Below are positions 1-9,964 of a DNA stretch of 47,759 nucleotides, piece by piece; within the stretch, counting starts at the first letter, position 1; every line of letters begins with the position of its first letter. This stretch comes from Candidatus Kaiserbacteria bacterium (GTDB lineage Bacteria; Patescibacteriota; Minisyncoccia; Phycocordibacterales; UBA918). The stretch is from the NCBI GenBank assembly GCA_031430855.1, contig JANPCG010000003.1, forward strand, positions 1-47,759, read 5' to 3'. A program made the translations under genes and the position numbers. The notes beneath the pieces are model-generated. The model searched no databases, was not told the origin of the DNA, and saw nothing but the letters and a program-made list of their open reading frames with translations.

Positions 1-372
1 CAGTAGCCACCTCTTCTGCCGCCGGAAATGATGACACCTGGTATGGTGTCACCTACGGCAACGGCCGCTTTGTCGCAGTTGGTGATACTGGCGACCGCGT
101 CATGACCTCAACCGACGGTCTTACTTGGACGGCAGTAGCCACCTCTTCTGCCGCCGGAAATGATGACGCTTGGTTCTTAGTCACCTACGGCAACGGCCGC
201 TTTGTCGCGGTGGGTTCTGGTGGCGACCGCGTCATGACCTCAATCGACGGTCTTACCTGGACGGCAGTAGCCACCTCTTCTGCCGCCGGAAATGATGACA
301 CCTGGTATGGTGTCACCTACGGTAATGGCCGCTTTGTCGCGGTGGGTTCTGGTAGCGACCGTGTAATTGTTT
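1..372 (+). repeat. Near-identical 132-bp tandem coding repeats
   Basis: cagtagccacctcttctgccgccggaaatgatgac starts at 1, 133 and 265. Confidence 0.9.
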
Positions 373-3300
373 CTGATGGAGGACTGGGTGTCGATACGCC
401 TTTTACACTCTATAATAATCAGGGGAGTACGTCGGCTACGACGGTATTTATGGGCGCTAGCGGCGCAAGCAATCAAAGTGGAATTAATTTATATCAAAAT
501 ACCGTTTTGTCTCAGAATGCTACCACTTCAGCTACTAGTAGTGTGACGGACCTTGGCAGTCTGACTTTTTTTGATAGTACTGATGATAGTAATATTTTAT
601 ACACGGCTCCGGCAGCGGGTACTACTACCGTTCTCGCTGATTTAATCATTGCGACAGGAACTACCAAGGCGCATGGACGGCTGGTGCTAAATGGTGACTT
701 TACGCAAAATGGAACCTTTGATAATAACGGAGGATTAATAGAGTTTACCGGAACGGATGCAATTGTTTCGGGAACACTTACGGGTAGTAGTAGTTTTAAT
801 AATGTATCGATTGGCTACGCTCCCGGTGGACAGAACTGGATATCCCAATCTGATCCGGGGGGCGATAATGACTGGAACTCAGCCACCTATGGTAATGGGC
901 GCTTTGTCGCGGTGGCAGCCTACCAAGGGAATGATCGCGTTATGTATTCAAACGACGGGATAACCTGGGCCACGACTACAGCCCCTGGTTTAAGGTGGCT
1001 TGATGTCACCTACGGTAATGGTTTGTTTGTTGCGGTTGGTACGCTTGGGAATCGGGTAATGATCTCATCTGATGGTATTGCGTGGACAGATTATCCTGCG
1101 GCTGGTAATGATGATTCGTGGATAGGTGTCACCTATGGCAACGGCCGCTTTGTAGCGGTCGGTGATGGGGCGGAAAAAGTAATGTATTCGACTGATGGCA
1201 TCACTTGGGCGACGACGTCAGCTGCGGGTAATAATGACAGTTGGAGTGATGTCACCTATGGCAACGGCCGATTCGTGGCGGTAGGTGGATATTCAACCGA
1301 TGTAGTGATGACCTCCACTGACGGTATTACCTGGGCGACGTCCACAGCCGCTGGTGATAATGATAATTGGAGTAAAGTCACGTTTGGTAATGGCCTATTT
1401 GCTGCGGTTAGTTTTGGTAGTAGTGAAGACATCATGACCTCACCGGATGGTATTACCTGGACCGTTCGGACTGCTCCAATCGGTAGTAATTCCAATATGA
1501 CAGGTATTACCTTCGGTAACGGCCTCTTTGTGGCCGTTGGGAATAATCCAACTGCACTCACTTCACCAGATGGTATTACCTGGACCGCTTTTGATGCTTC
1601 AGATAATAATGAACCGTGGACAGATGTCACCTTCGGTAACGGCCTCTTTGTGTCCGTTGGACAGAGTGCCAAGGGTAATCAAGTGATGACGACTAATAAT
1701 AAAATTACCTTTACGAGTCCGGTCTCGATGCAGGATTTTTCGGTAGATAAAAATACGATATTTGGCGTAGCTTCTTCAGCGACATTGGCAGGGAACCTTA
1801 CTAACTTTGGTCGAATTGAAAATACAGCGACAGTCACCTTTTCTGGGGTTTCAAAAATCCTGACCGTGCAAGCGACAGCGACGGCATTTGCTAATCTCGG
1901 TAACATAGTTATTACTGGTTCAGCAACTGTGGTTGGTAACTCCACCACAAGTGACCTCACAATAAACTCGGGAGCCATTTTGGTTGCGAGTTCAACCCAT
2001 ATGACTATTGCTGGAGACTTGAATCAAAATGGTACTCTGCGCGCCGCGTCATCAACTACGTTTGCTGGCAAAGCGCCGGTCGTAACCGGTAACCTGACTG
2101 CCTCTAATACCTTCAGCAGCTTGGTCGTGGCGGAGCCTATTAATCCATGGACTGTCCAGGCGCTTCCGGTCGGAGCTACCAATGATGAATGGAATGGTAT
2201 TGCCTATGGTAACGGTTTGTTTGTGGCTAGTAGTATATATTCAGGTGATCCAATCATGACGTCACCTGACGGTATTACTTGGACTACAAGGTCGGCCGCT
2301 GGAAATAATGATAGCTGGAATGATATTATTTTTGCAAATGGTCAGTTTGTGGCAGTGGCAGATGGCACTGATCGAGTGATGACGTCACCGGATGGTATTA
2401 CTTGGACCGTCCAATCGGCGGCGGGGAATGATGATTCATGGGTTTCTATTACGTATGGCGAAGGACTGTATGTGGCGGTAGGTGGTGGAGGTGACTATGT
2501 TATGACGTCACCGGACGCTGTCAACTGGACTGTCCGAACTCCGGCCGGGGGTGTTAATAGTTGGTCGGCAGTGGCATACGGCAACGGTCGATTTGTGGCA
2601 ACGGCCGGATATGTTGGAGTTGATAGAATCATGTATTCAGACGATGGCTTTACTTGGGCCACGACCTCAGCCGCAGGTAATAATGATTGGTGGCTAGGAC
2701 TTGAATACGGAAATGGTTTGTTTGTTGCAGTGGCTGGCTATAATGATGGCAGTCAGGTTATAACTTCACCGGACGGAATTACGTGGACAATACAGACAGT
2801 GTCAGGCAATACCGGAGATTTGAATGATGTGACCTACGGCAACGGCCGGTTTGTGGCAGTAGGTAGTGGGTATGATCGAGTTATTACCTCAACCGATGGG
2901 ATAAACTGGTCAACCGTACCAGCGGCTGGTAACAATGAAAGTTGGAATTCAGTCACCTACAGCAACGGTCGGTTTGTGGCAGTAGGTAGTGGGTTTGGAG
3001 GGCAGGGTCAAGAAGATCAGGCGATGACCTATATCGAGTCTGATTTTGTGGCGACGCTTGCAACTTCAACCACTGTTACGTCAAGTATTTCGATTGCAAC
3101 GACGACCACTCTTCTCGCACCGACGTCGACCCTATCAATTGCCGGTAATTTCACCAATCGCGGTACCTTCATTCCGCGCGCTGGCACCACTACCCTCTCT
3201 GGGGCCAGTAAAACAATTGACGGCAACCTCACTTCTTGGGACTCCACCACGGAAAGTCCTGACTATGGTCTGACGAATATCACCGGTACCTATACCTACG

Positions 3301-6300
3301 TTGGAAACGGTACGACTTCGGCTCTTACTATCAATAGCGGAGCGTCACTAACAGCCTCCAGTAGTGGCCTCCTTACCGTGGCGCATAATTTTACCAACAA
3401 TGGTACGTATACCAACAACAGTGCAACGACCACGTTTGGAGGAAATCTTTTCGGTCGCGCAACGGGTACCAATGCACTCGGTAATACTGTGGTGAATGCG
3501 CGCAGTCAGGCGGATGGGTGGGCAAGCACCTCTGCTGCCGGTAATAATGACCCTTGGTATGGTGTCACCTACGGTAACGGCCGCTTCGTGTCTGTGGGTA
3601 CTGGTGGTGATGTTGTTATGACTTCCACCGACGGCATCACGTGGTTTTCCACGTCTGCCGCCGGTAATAACGACGTCTGGGAGGCCGTCACCTACGGCAA
3701 CGGCCGCTTTGTGGCGGTTGCTGATTCTGGCGACCGTGTCATGACCTCCACTGATGGCCTCACCTGGGCGACAACTTCTGCCGCTGGTAATAATGACAGT
3801 TGGCAATCAGTCACCTATGGCAACGGCCTCTTCGTGGCGGTAAGTAATGGTCCTGCTACAGACCGTGTCATGACCTCCACTGATGGCCTAACCTGGGCGA
3901 CGAGTAGTGCAGTAGGTAACAACGATGATTGGAACTCCGTTACCTATGGCAAGGGCCTGTTTGTAGCCGTTGGGAATAGTGCAGGCGATAATGTCATGAC
4001 CTCAATCGATGGACTCACCTGGGCGACCACCTCCGCCGCCGGTAATGACGACGGGTGGTATGGTGTCACCTACGGCAACAGTGAATTTGTGGCGGTAGGT
4101 ACTGGCGCTGATGTTGTAATGACCTCATCTGACGGCCTCATTTGGGCTGTCTCCTCCGCCGCCGGTAATAACGACTTCTGGCAGTCTGTCACCTACGGTA
4201 ATGGCGAATTTGTAGCGGTAGGTAATGGTCCTGCTACTGATCGCCTCATGACCTCAACTGACGGCCTTGCGTGGGTCACTGCCTCTGTCGCGGGTAACAA
4301 TGACAGTTGGTATGGCGTCACCTACGGCAACGGCCGCTTCGTGGTAGTGGGTGATGGTCTTGGTGTTGATCGTGTGCTGACCTCTAGTAATGTGAGTATA
4401 TTGACTGCTAATGCCAGCACCTCAAACCTCACTATCAACGCAAGTTCAACCCTCAATGCCTCGGGCACCACGGTTTCTCTAACTGGTAACTATACGAACT
4501 CCGGCACCCTGACGGCTTCTACCTCAACCTTTATTTTTAACGGTATTGGGGCACAGGTGGCGACCGGTACGATGTCCGCTTCAAGTAGTTTCCGTAGCCT
4601 CACGCTTAGTAACACTTCGGGTAATGGTACTGCGTCGCGGTCAATTACGTTTGGTGCGCCCTTGACGGTTGCGGGTACCTCAACCATCACCGCCTCGACT
4701 TCGGTGGCTTTCCTCGCCAATTCGACCACGAGTATTGCGACCGCAGTGTGGCAAGGTAGTGCAGGCGCCCCGGTGTATCTCCGTAGTACGGCTACTGGTA
4801 CCCAAACGAGACTCGCCATTGCGGGCACTAAAACGATTGATTTCGTTAATGTTCGGGACAACAATGCAAGTGGTACCGTGGGTGGTATTAGTCCCCTCAA
4901 TGCCACTAACGCTGGCAATAACACCAATTGGAATTTTATTACTACTCCGGTTTGGAACAACACCAATTGGACACTGTTTGATACCGTTACTATTAGAGAA
5001 ACAAATATTGATAGTGATCTCACTGATTTCCCGGTCTATGTAAACCTCGATGATTTAAGTAACACGTTCTGGAGTACTACCCCCGCAGGGGCGTCGCTCG
5101 TCGGGACTGATATTCGGGTAACGACCGCGGCGAATGTTGAAGTACCGCGAGAACTCGTATTCGCGTCTTCTACCCTAGGTACTGGAGAGCTCCACTTCAA
5201 AGCTCCAACGATCAGTAGTACCACTGACACCGTATTTAAGATTTGGTACAACGGGACAACGACGGGAGACTATGATGACACTGCGACGTATGGCGCCGAA
5301 AATGTATGGACGAACGACTTTGTAGCCGTCTATCATTTGGAAGAAGACCCGAGTGCTGGCACGGGTGCCGTTATCGACAGTACCCGTTTTAATCATGACG
5401 GTACTGGTTCTACTACTATGACAACCGCTGACTTGGTAGCGGGTAAGGTTGGTAAAAGCCATGACTTTGATGGGGCTTTAACTGATCGGGTGACGTTTGC
5501 AACAAGTAGTGCGTTTGCGAACCTAAACACCGTATCGGTCTGCACCTGGTACCAGCATGACACGTACCCAAATGCCTATGGTGTGCTAGTTGATAAATCA
5601 TCAAACGGGACGGATAGTTGGAATATGTATCTTGATAACAGTGGCGAGTTCGCTCTCCAGAGTCGGGTGGGTGGAATTAGAAGGGCGAGTACCACCGCAG
5701 GTGCCGGGTGGCAATACTTATGCTCTACCACCAACGGAGCAGGTGGAGGAGCAGGAATTGCCCTCTACCATAACGGGCTTAATGTTGTTGGTATCGGGCA
5801 AAGTTTTAGCGCTGGGTCAGATGATACAAATACTCCCCTGACGATTGGTTCAGGGAAAACAGCCTATCGTGTTGATGGTCGGATGGACGAAGTGCGGATT
5901 GCCTCCACTACCCGTACTGCCTCATGGATAAAAGCGGAGTACTATAACCAATCGACGTCGACTGATTTTTATGGAGTTAACTTAACCGGTGTGGTTGGTT
6001 CATCAACCATTGCCAACCACACGGCTGGCCAAGTCCCAAACACCTTCACTGCCGGACCAAAAACGAACGAATCCCTCTTTGCCTTTAGACTGACTCCAAA
6101 CAGTGGTACTGCTACCGTCACTGACGCAGTCATCACCCTCACCGGGGTCCAAGGGTTTAATCCCGTGACAGGATTCTCGAACCTCCGATTGTTTCGAGAT
6201 CTCGATAATGATGCTTTATACGACGCCTCTGATACCCAAGTAGGGGGAGCCGGGGCAGTTGTGGGAGCTAATCAAAATGGCACACTCACCTTCACTACTG

Positions 6301-7061
6301 ACTTCCTCTCGACGACGTCACAAAATTATCTGGTAGTGGGTGATTGGTCAGCTCCGGCCGATGGTAGTTTCATCACGTTCGACCTCTTCCCAAGCGGACT
6401 GAGTATCATTGACGCTACCTCATCCCAAAGTATCTTTGGCTCAGTCACGAGTGCCCAACATTTCCGCAATAACCGAGGCGCTGGTGGACGAGGATCTGGG
6501 GTGGGCGGCGACGCTCCAGCTGGTAATGGTACTACAACTGGCGGGGGGACTGAGGGGGGTGAACAGATTGGAGACGATCCTGACTTCTACTGGCCAAGTG
6601 CTAACTCAGGAAGTTGGAATAGTGGCGGCAATGCGTATGATCGCGAAGACGGCACCTACGCTACAACGTCTGCTGCCGTTACTCATTCATTTACAAACGC
6701 GGGGTTTGTAATTCCAGGCAATAACACTATTGGTGGAATTGAAGTGAAGTTGGAACTTGGCGGTACCAGCGTCGCCGGTACGGTGAACATTGAACTCTCT
6801 TGGAACGGGGGAACTAACTGGACGACGGCTAAAACTACCCCAACTCTCACCACGACTGACTCTGTCCGGATCGTGGGGTCGCCGGCTGATCTCTGGGGTC
6901 GGACTTGGACCGCGAGTGAATTTAGCAACGCAAATTTTGCGGTGCGCCTGACGGGTGCTCCGAGTGCAAATACCATCCGGGTGGACGCGCTCCAAATCAA
7001 GGTGTATCACGCCGCCGGGGGAGGTGGGGGCGGTGGAGGAGCAGGTGGTGGGGGGATATAG
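1..7061 (+). CDS. Giant secreted/surface protein, 5'-truncated (>2350 aa): Asp-box/BNR-like beta-propeller repeats, beta-helix-like spacers, DUF2341-like and LamG/ConA-like domains, Gly-rich C-terminus
   Basis: The frame is open from position 3 (VATSSAAGNDDTWYG...), so ATG 102 is internal. ~43-44 aa repeats VTYGNGRFVAVG..RVMTSxDGxTW; DUF2341-like segment DFPVYVNL..DIRVT..LHFKAP..KIWY; LamG-like VAVYHLEE..GKVGKSHDFDG..GRMDEVRIAS. Confidence 0.85.
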   Translation, partial: VATSSAAGNDDTWYGVTYGNGRFVAVGDTGDRVMTSTDGLTWTAVATSSAAGNDDAWFLVTYGNGRFVAVGSGGDRVMTSIDGLTWTAVATSSAAGNDDTWYGVTYGNGRFVAVGSGSDRVIVSDGGLGVDTPFTLYNNQGSTSATTVFMGASGASNQSGINLYQNTVLSQNATTSATSSVTDLGSLTFFDSTDDSNILYTAPAAGTTTVLADLIIATGTTKAHGRLVLNGDFTQNGTFDNNGGLIEFTGTDAIVSGTLTGSSSFNNVSIGYAPGGQNWISQSDPGGDNDWNSATYGNGRFVAVAAYQGNDRVMYSNDGITWATTTAPGLRWLDVTYGNGLFVAVGTLGNRVMISSDGIAWTDYPAAGNDDSWIGVTYGNGRFVAVGDGAEKVMYSTDGITWATTSAAGNNDSWSDVTYGNGRFVAVGGYSTDVVMTSTDGITWATSTAAGDNDNWSKVTFGNGLFAAVSFGSSEDIMTSPDGITWTVRTAPIGSNSNMTGITFGNGLFVAVGNNPTALTSPDGITWTAFDASDNNEPWTDVTFGNGLFVSVGQSAKGNQVMTTNNKITFTSPVSMQDFSVDKNTIFGVASSATLAGNLTNFGRIENTATVTFSGVSKILTVQATATAFANLGNIVITGSATVVGNSTTSDLTINSGAILVASSTHMTIAGDLNQNGTLRAASSTTFAGKAPVVTGNLTASNTFSSLVVAEPINPWTVQALPVGATNDEWNGIAYGNGLFVASSIYSGDPIMTSPDGITWTTRSAAGNNDSWNDIIFANGQFVAVADGTDRVMTSPDGITWTVQSAAGNDDSWVSITYGEGLYVAVGGGGDYVMTSPDAVNWTVRTPAGGVNSWSAVAYGNGRFVATAGYVGVDRIMYSDDGFTWATTSAAGNNDWWLGLEYGNGLFVAVAGYNDGSQVITSPDGITWTIQTVSGNTGDLNDVTYGNGRFVAVGSGYDRVITSTDGINWSTVPAAGNNESWNSVTYSNGRFVAVGSGFGGQGQEDQAMTYIESDFVATLATSTTVTSSISIATTTTLLAPTSTLSIAGNFTNRGTFIPRAGTTTLSGASKTIDGNLTSWDSTTESPDYGLTNITGTYTYVGNGTTSALTINSGASLTASSSGLLTVAHNFTNNGTYTNNSATTTFGGNLFGRATGTNALGNTVVNARSQADGWASTSAAGNNDPWYGVTYGNGRFVSVGTGGDVVMTSTDGITWFSTSAAGNNDVWEAVTYGNGRFVAVADSGDRVMTSTDGLTWATTSAAGNNDSWQSVTYGNGLFVAVSNGPATDRVMTSTDGLTWATSSAVGNNDDWNSVTYGKGLFVAVGNSAGDNVMTSIDGLTWATTSAAGNDDGWYGVTYGNSEFVAVGTGADVVMTSSDGLIWAVSSAAGNNDFWQSVTYGNGEFVAVGNGPATDRLMTSTDGLAWVTASVAGNNDSWYGVTYGNGRFVVVGDGLGVDRVLTSSNVSILTANASTSNLTINASSTLNASGTTVSLTGNYTNSGTLTASTSTFIFNGIGAQVATGTMSASSSFRSLTLSNTSGNGTASRSITFGAPLTVAGTSTITASTSVAFLANSTTSIATAVWQGSAGAPVYLRSTATGTQTRLAIAGTKTIDFVNVRDNNASGTVGGISPLNATNAGNNTNWNFITTPVWNNTNWTLFDTVTIRETNIDSDLTDFPVYVNLDDLSNTFWSTTPAGASLVGTDIRVTTAANVEVPRELVFASSTLGTGELHFKAPTISSTTDTVFKIWYNGTTTGDYDDTATYGAENVWTNDFVAVYHLEEDPSAGTGAVIDSTRFNHDGTGSTTMTTADLVAGKVGKSHDFDGALTDRVTFATSSAFANLNTVSVCTWYQHDTYPNAYGVLVDKSSNGTDSWNMYLDNSGEFALQSRVGGIRRASTTAGAGWQYLCSTTNGAGGGAGIALYHNGLNVVGIGQSFSAGSDDTNTPLTIGSGKTAYRVDGRMDEVRIASTTRTASWIKAEYYNQSTSTDFYGVNLTGVVGSSTIANHTAGQVPNTFTAGPKTNESLFAFRLTPNSGTATVTDAVITLTGVQGFNPVTGFSNLRLFRDLDNDALYDASDTQVGGAGAVVGANQNGTLTFTTDFLSTTSQNYLVVGDWSAPADGSFITFDLFPSGLSIIDATSSQSIFGSVTSAQHFRNNRGAGGRGSGVGGDAPAGNGTTTGGGTEGGEQIGDDPDFYWPSANSGSWNSGGNAYDREDGTYATTSAAVTHSFTNAGFVIPGNNTIGGIEVKLELGGTSVAGTVNIELSWNGGTNWTTAKTTPTLTTTDSVRIVGSPADLWGRTWTASEFSNANFAVRLTGAPSANTIRVDALQIKVYHAAGGGGGGGGAGGGGI

Positions 7062-7133
7062 AATATGGAATATAGAAGATGGGATAGAGGAGAGATAAAA
7101 TGGAATATTGAAAATTGAATAGAAGAGAGAGAA
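7057..7133. repeat. Degenerate purine-rich heptamer array
   Basis: tatagaa tatggaa tatagaa gatggga tagagga gagataa aatggaa tattgaa aattgaa tagaaga gagagaa. Confidence 0.6.
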
Positions 7134-7214
7134 ATACCCAAACCCCGCGAGCTACGCTCGGGAGGGTTTGGGTATTTCTCTCAGCCCTATCATATATGAT
7201 AGGGCTTTTCTCTT
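7127..7214 (+). terminator. Two adjacent hairpins after the giant gene; the second is followed by a T-tract
   Basis: 19-bp inverted repeat 7127-7145/7164-7182; perfect 24-bp palindrome agccctatcatatatgatagggct 7183-7206, then tttctctt. Confidence 0.65.
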
Positions 7215-7404
7215 ACGTGGAGTGAATACAATAATAGAGATAGATAAACGTAAAAAGGTTTCGTTCGAGAAATCTCATGAGGGTAACAGCCACTCTCATG
7301 CGTACCTTTTTATGGCTTAAAGGCTATGTTTATACACAGGCAGGGGGATGTTGCCGCGCCTTTTATCCCTATATAATAGGGTCATTACATATATCCATTG
7401 TTCT

Positions 7405-8106
7405 ATGCAACTCACCCTACTTTCACACAGTGCCAAAATCGCTTTTGCGCTTGCTTCGGTCACTCTCTTCATTGGCGCGCTCGCATTTCTCAGTCTAGAA
7501 CCTACGATCGGGCGCACGGCAACGTTTGCTTCTACCACTGATGAATTCTTGATTACGCAGTCTATCACAGGAGAAATCTCATTCTTGGTACCCGCGGCAG
7601 ACGTCACGATGGCGGGAGCAATCAATGGTATTACGGGAGGAAACTCAACGGGTACTACTTTTGCGGTGGTTCGAACAAACAGTGTGACTGGATATACTAT
7701 GGATCTCTCCTTCAGTAACAGTCCTGCGATGCGAGGAAACGTATCAACGAGTACCTCCATTCGAAACTATGTGGGAGTAGTTGGTGAACCACAATTTGCC
7801 TTCACGGCTAGTTCGGCTGCACTCTTTGCATACACGGTGAGTGCATCTAACACAGTAGACCTCGATCAGTCATTCTTGGATAACGGTTCAGTGTGTAACT
7901 CTGTAGGCGGTAGTGATACAGCTGATGCGTGTTGGATGGGTGGAATAGCTACGAGTACCTTCCGGATTGTTAACCGGTCATCTTCCGCTGATACCGGTGC
8001 AACAACGTCACTCAAGTTCCGAATCAACGTTCCAAACAACCCGAGTCCAGCCGTTGTTGCTGATACCTACACTGCGACCGCTACCTTGACAGCAACCAAC
8101 CAATAG
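7405..8106 (+). CDS. Secreted WxL-like surface protein
   Basis: N-terminal hydrophobic signal; C-terminal strand VVADTYTATATLTATNQ resembles WxL-type termini; paralogous to 9200..9964; ATG 7405 is in frame with ORF 7348. Confidence 0.6.
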   Translation: MQLTLLSHSAKIAFALASVTLFIGALAFLSLEPTIGRTATFASTTDEFLITQSITGEISFLVPAADVTMAGAINGITGGNSTGTTFAVVRTNSVTGYTMDLSFSNSPAMRGNVSTSTSIRNYVGVVGEPQFAFTASSAALFAYTVSASNTVDLDQSFLDNGSVCNSVGGSDTADACWMGGIATSTFRIVNRSSSADTGATTSLKFRINVPNNPSPAVVADTYTATATLTATNQ

Positions 8107-8125
8107 CTAGACTGTACTGATACGC

Positions 8126-9187
8126 ATGATCAGTCTAGTACCACAACGGACGTACGCCCTTTTAATTTGTATAGCAACTACGCTCGGTATTCTGCTACCT
8201 GCCGCTGTAATTCTTGCGCAAGAAGAGATGCTTTCTGAAGCAGTGATCAGTTCAACGACTGAGGCCACTACTACCGCAGTAGCACCAATAATTACTCGGT
8301 GGTATACCAGCGAAATGATTACCGGCAATGATATTGCCGTCGGTGACTTTGTGGTTGGTCCGGGTCGTCTTGAGGTAACGGTAAAACCAGGTGAGAGTGT
8401 TACTAAATTAATGACTGTTACTAATCGAATTAGTGATGACCGGGCGTTTGAACTGACCGTTGAAGACATGTCGGGGTCAGCTGACCCAAGTGAAGCGGTT
8501 GTTTTACTCGGAGATATGAGTGGACCGTATACATTAAAGAACCTCATCTCTTTCCCAGGGAAAACCCTGGAGCTTGATTTGGGGGAGCGGGCACAAGTAC
8601 CGGTTACCATTACGATGCCAGCAAATGCAGAGCCGGGTGGGTATTATGGTGCGGTCTTGGTTTCTACTGTCCAGGCTGGTGGAGCGATTAGTGAAAGTAG
8701 TGCTCGGTCACCGATAGTCGCCCGTATCGGAACCCTCTTTTTTATTACGGTGCCGGGGGAGGCTAATGTGGCCGGGGAATTTAAAGATTTGTCTACTAAG
8801 AACAACCAGTGGTGGTATCAAAATGGACCAATTGATTTTGGTGTACTCTATGAAAATACTGGCTCAGTCCACCTCAATCCCTACGGCGAAATAAAAATTA
8901 CCAACATGTTTGGCGAGGAGGTAGGTTTTGTGCAACTCGAGCCTTGGTTTATTTTACCAAAATCACTTCGTTTGCGTGAAGTGGTATGGGATCGTGAACT
9001 GTTGGCTGGACGCTATACGGCCACTGCCAAAGTTAATCGAGGGTACGACAATATTATTGATGAGCAGGTGACACATTTTTGGGTCGTGCCGTATAAATTA
9101 ATCGCAATGGTGTTTGGAGTTCTGTTTGTTGTATTTTTCATTACTCGATTATTCATGCGAACCTTTGAATTTAAGCGTAAGACGTGA
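8126..9187 (+). CDS. DUF916/WxL-interacting-like membrane-anchored protein
   Basis: Signal peptide; PANAEPGGYYGAVLV and ENTGSVHLNPYGEIKITNMFG motifs; C-terminal TM helix with basic tail. Confidence 0.65.
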   Translation: MISLVPQRTYALLICIATTLGILLPAAVILAQEEMLSEAVISSTTEATTTAVAPIITRWYTSEMITGNDIAVGDFVVGPGRLEVTVKPGESVTKLMTVTNRISDDRAFELTVEDMSGSADPSEAVVLLGDMSGPYTLKNLISFPGKTLELDLGERAQVPVTITMPANAEPGGYYGAVLVSTVQAGGAISESSARSPIVARIGTLFFITVPGEANVAGEFKDLSTKNNQWWYQNGPIDFGVLYENTGSVHLNPYGEIKITNMFGEEVGFVQLEPWFILPKSLRLREVVWDRELLAGRYTATAKVNRGYDNIIDEQVTHFWVVPYKLIAMVFGVLFVVFFITRLFMRTFEFKRKT

Positions 9188-9199
9188 TAATTTCGTAGT

Positions 9200-9964
9200 A
9201 TGTTTCGTTCGTTCTTTGTTCCATTTGGTCATGCTGCGGTATGTACTCTGTTGTGTATAGGAGTACTATCAATTGCGGGGGCACAAGTGATGAGTAGTAC
9301 CAACTACACGATTCAAAGTGATAGTGTGAACGTTGGTGGTGGTAACTCTACGTCAACAAACTATGGACTGGAATCTACGGTAGGTGAGATAGCGACGGGG
9401 CGTGCCTCGAGTACTAATTACGAATTGCGTGCGGGATACCAGCAGATGCAAGAGGTATTTTTAAGTCTCTCGGCAGCCGCTGATGTGACGCTACTCCCTA
9501 CACTCGGAGGGCTCACGGGTGGAGTCTCGAGTGGAACGACTGCGGTTGTGGTAACAACTGACAGTCCGGCCGGGTATCAATTAATGATTCAGGCGAGTGG
9601 TACGCCGGCCATGCGCTCGGGCGCGAGTAGTATTGCTAATTATGCACCGGTTGGTGTAGTGCCTGATTTTAATTTTATAACTGATCCTTCAGACGTACAG
9701 TTCGGATATTCTCCTGAAGGGAGTAATGTGGTGTTGCGTTTCCAAGATGCCGGCAGTGTCTGTGGGGTGGCTGGTAGTGACACAGCGTTTCGTTGTTGGG
9801 ATGGCTTATCGACCTCACCAGTTACTATCGCTCAGAGTAATACAGATAACCATCCCTTAGGTGCCACGACGACGATTCAATTTCGGGTCGGTATCGGTGG
9901 TACTATAGGTGTAGCGCCGGGAACATATGTCGCCACGACAACACTCACAGCGCTTCCGCTATGA
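9200..9964 (+). CDS. Secreted WxL-like surface protein (paralog of 7405..8106)
   Basis: Signal peptide; MSSTNYTIQSDSVNVGG N-terminal segment; shared AADVT..GxTGG.S.GTT..V.T.S..GY motif and Cys pair; C-terminus GTYVATTTLTALPL. Confidence 0.6.
   Translation: MFRSFFVPFGHAAVCTLLCIGVLSIAGAQVMSSTNYTIQSDSVNVGGGNSTSTNYGLESTVGEIATGRASSTNYELRAGYQQMQEVFLSLSAAADVTLLPTLGGLTGGVSSGTTAVVVTTDSPAGYQLMIQASGTPAMRSGASSIANYAPVGVVPDFNFITDPSDVQFGYSPEGSNVVLRFQDAGSVCGVAGSDTAFRCWDGLSTSPVTIAQSNTDNHPLGATTTIQFRVGIGGTIGVAPGTYVATTTLTALPL

Noticed and set aside
1-372. 132-bp tandem repeats as a CRISPR array or DGR template/variable repeat
   Set aside because: They are in-frame coding repeats without unique spacers; no cas or reverse transcriptase gene is in the window and the differences are not confined to adenines.
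4490-5023. Long antisense/alternative-frame ORFs (e.g. 4490..5023, 8107..8610, 35989..36471, 40428..40925)
   Set aside because: They are shadows of well-supported genes on the opposite strand, with no motifs or start signals.
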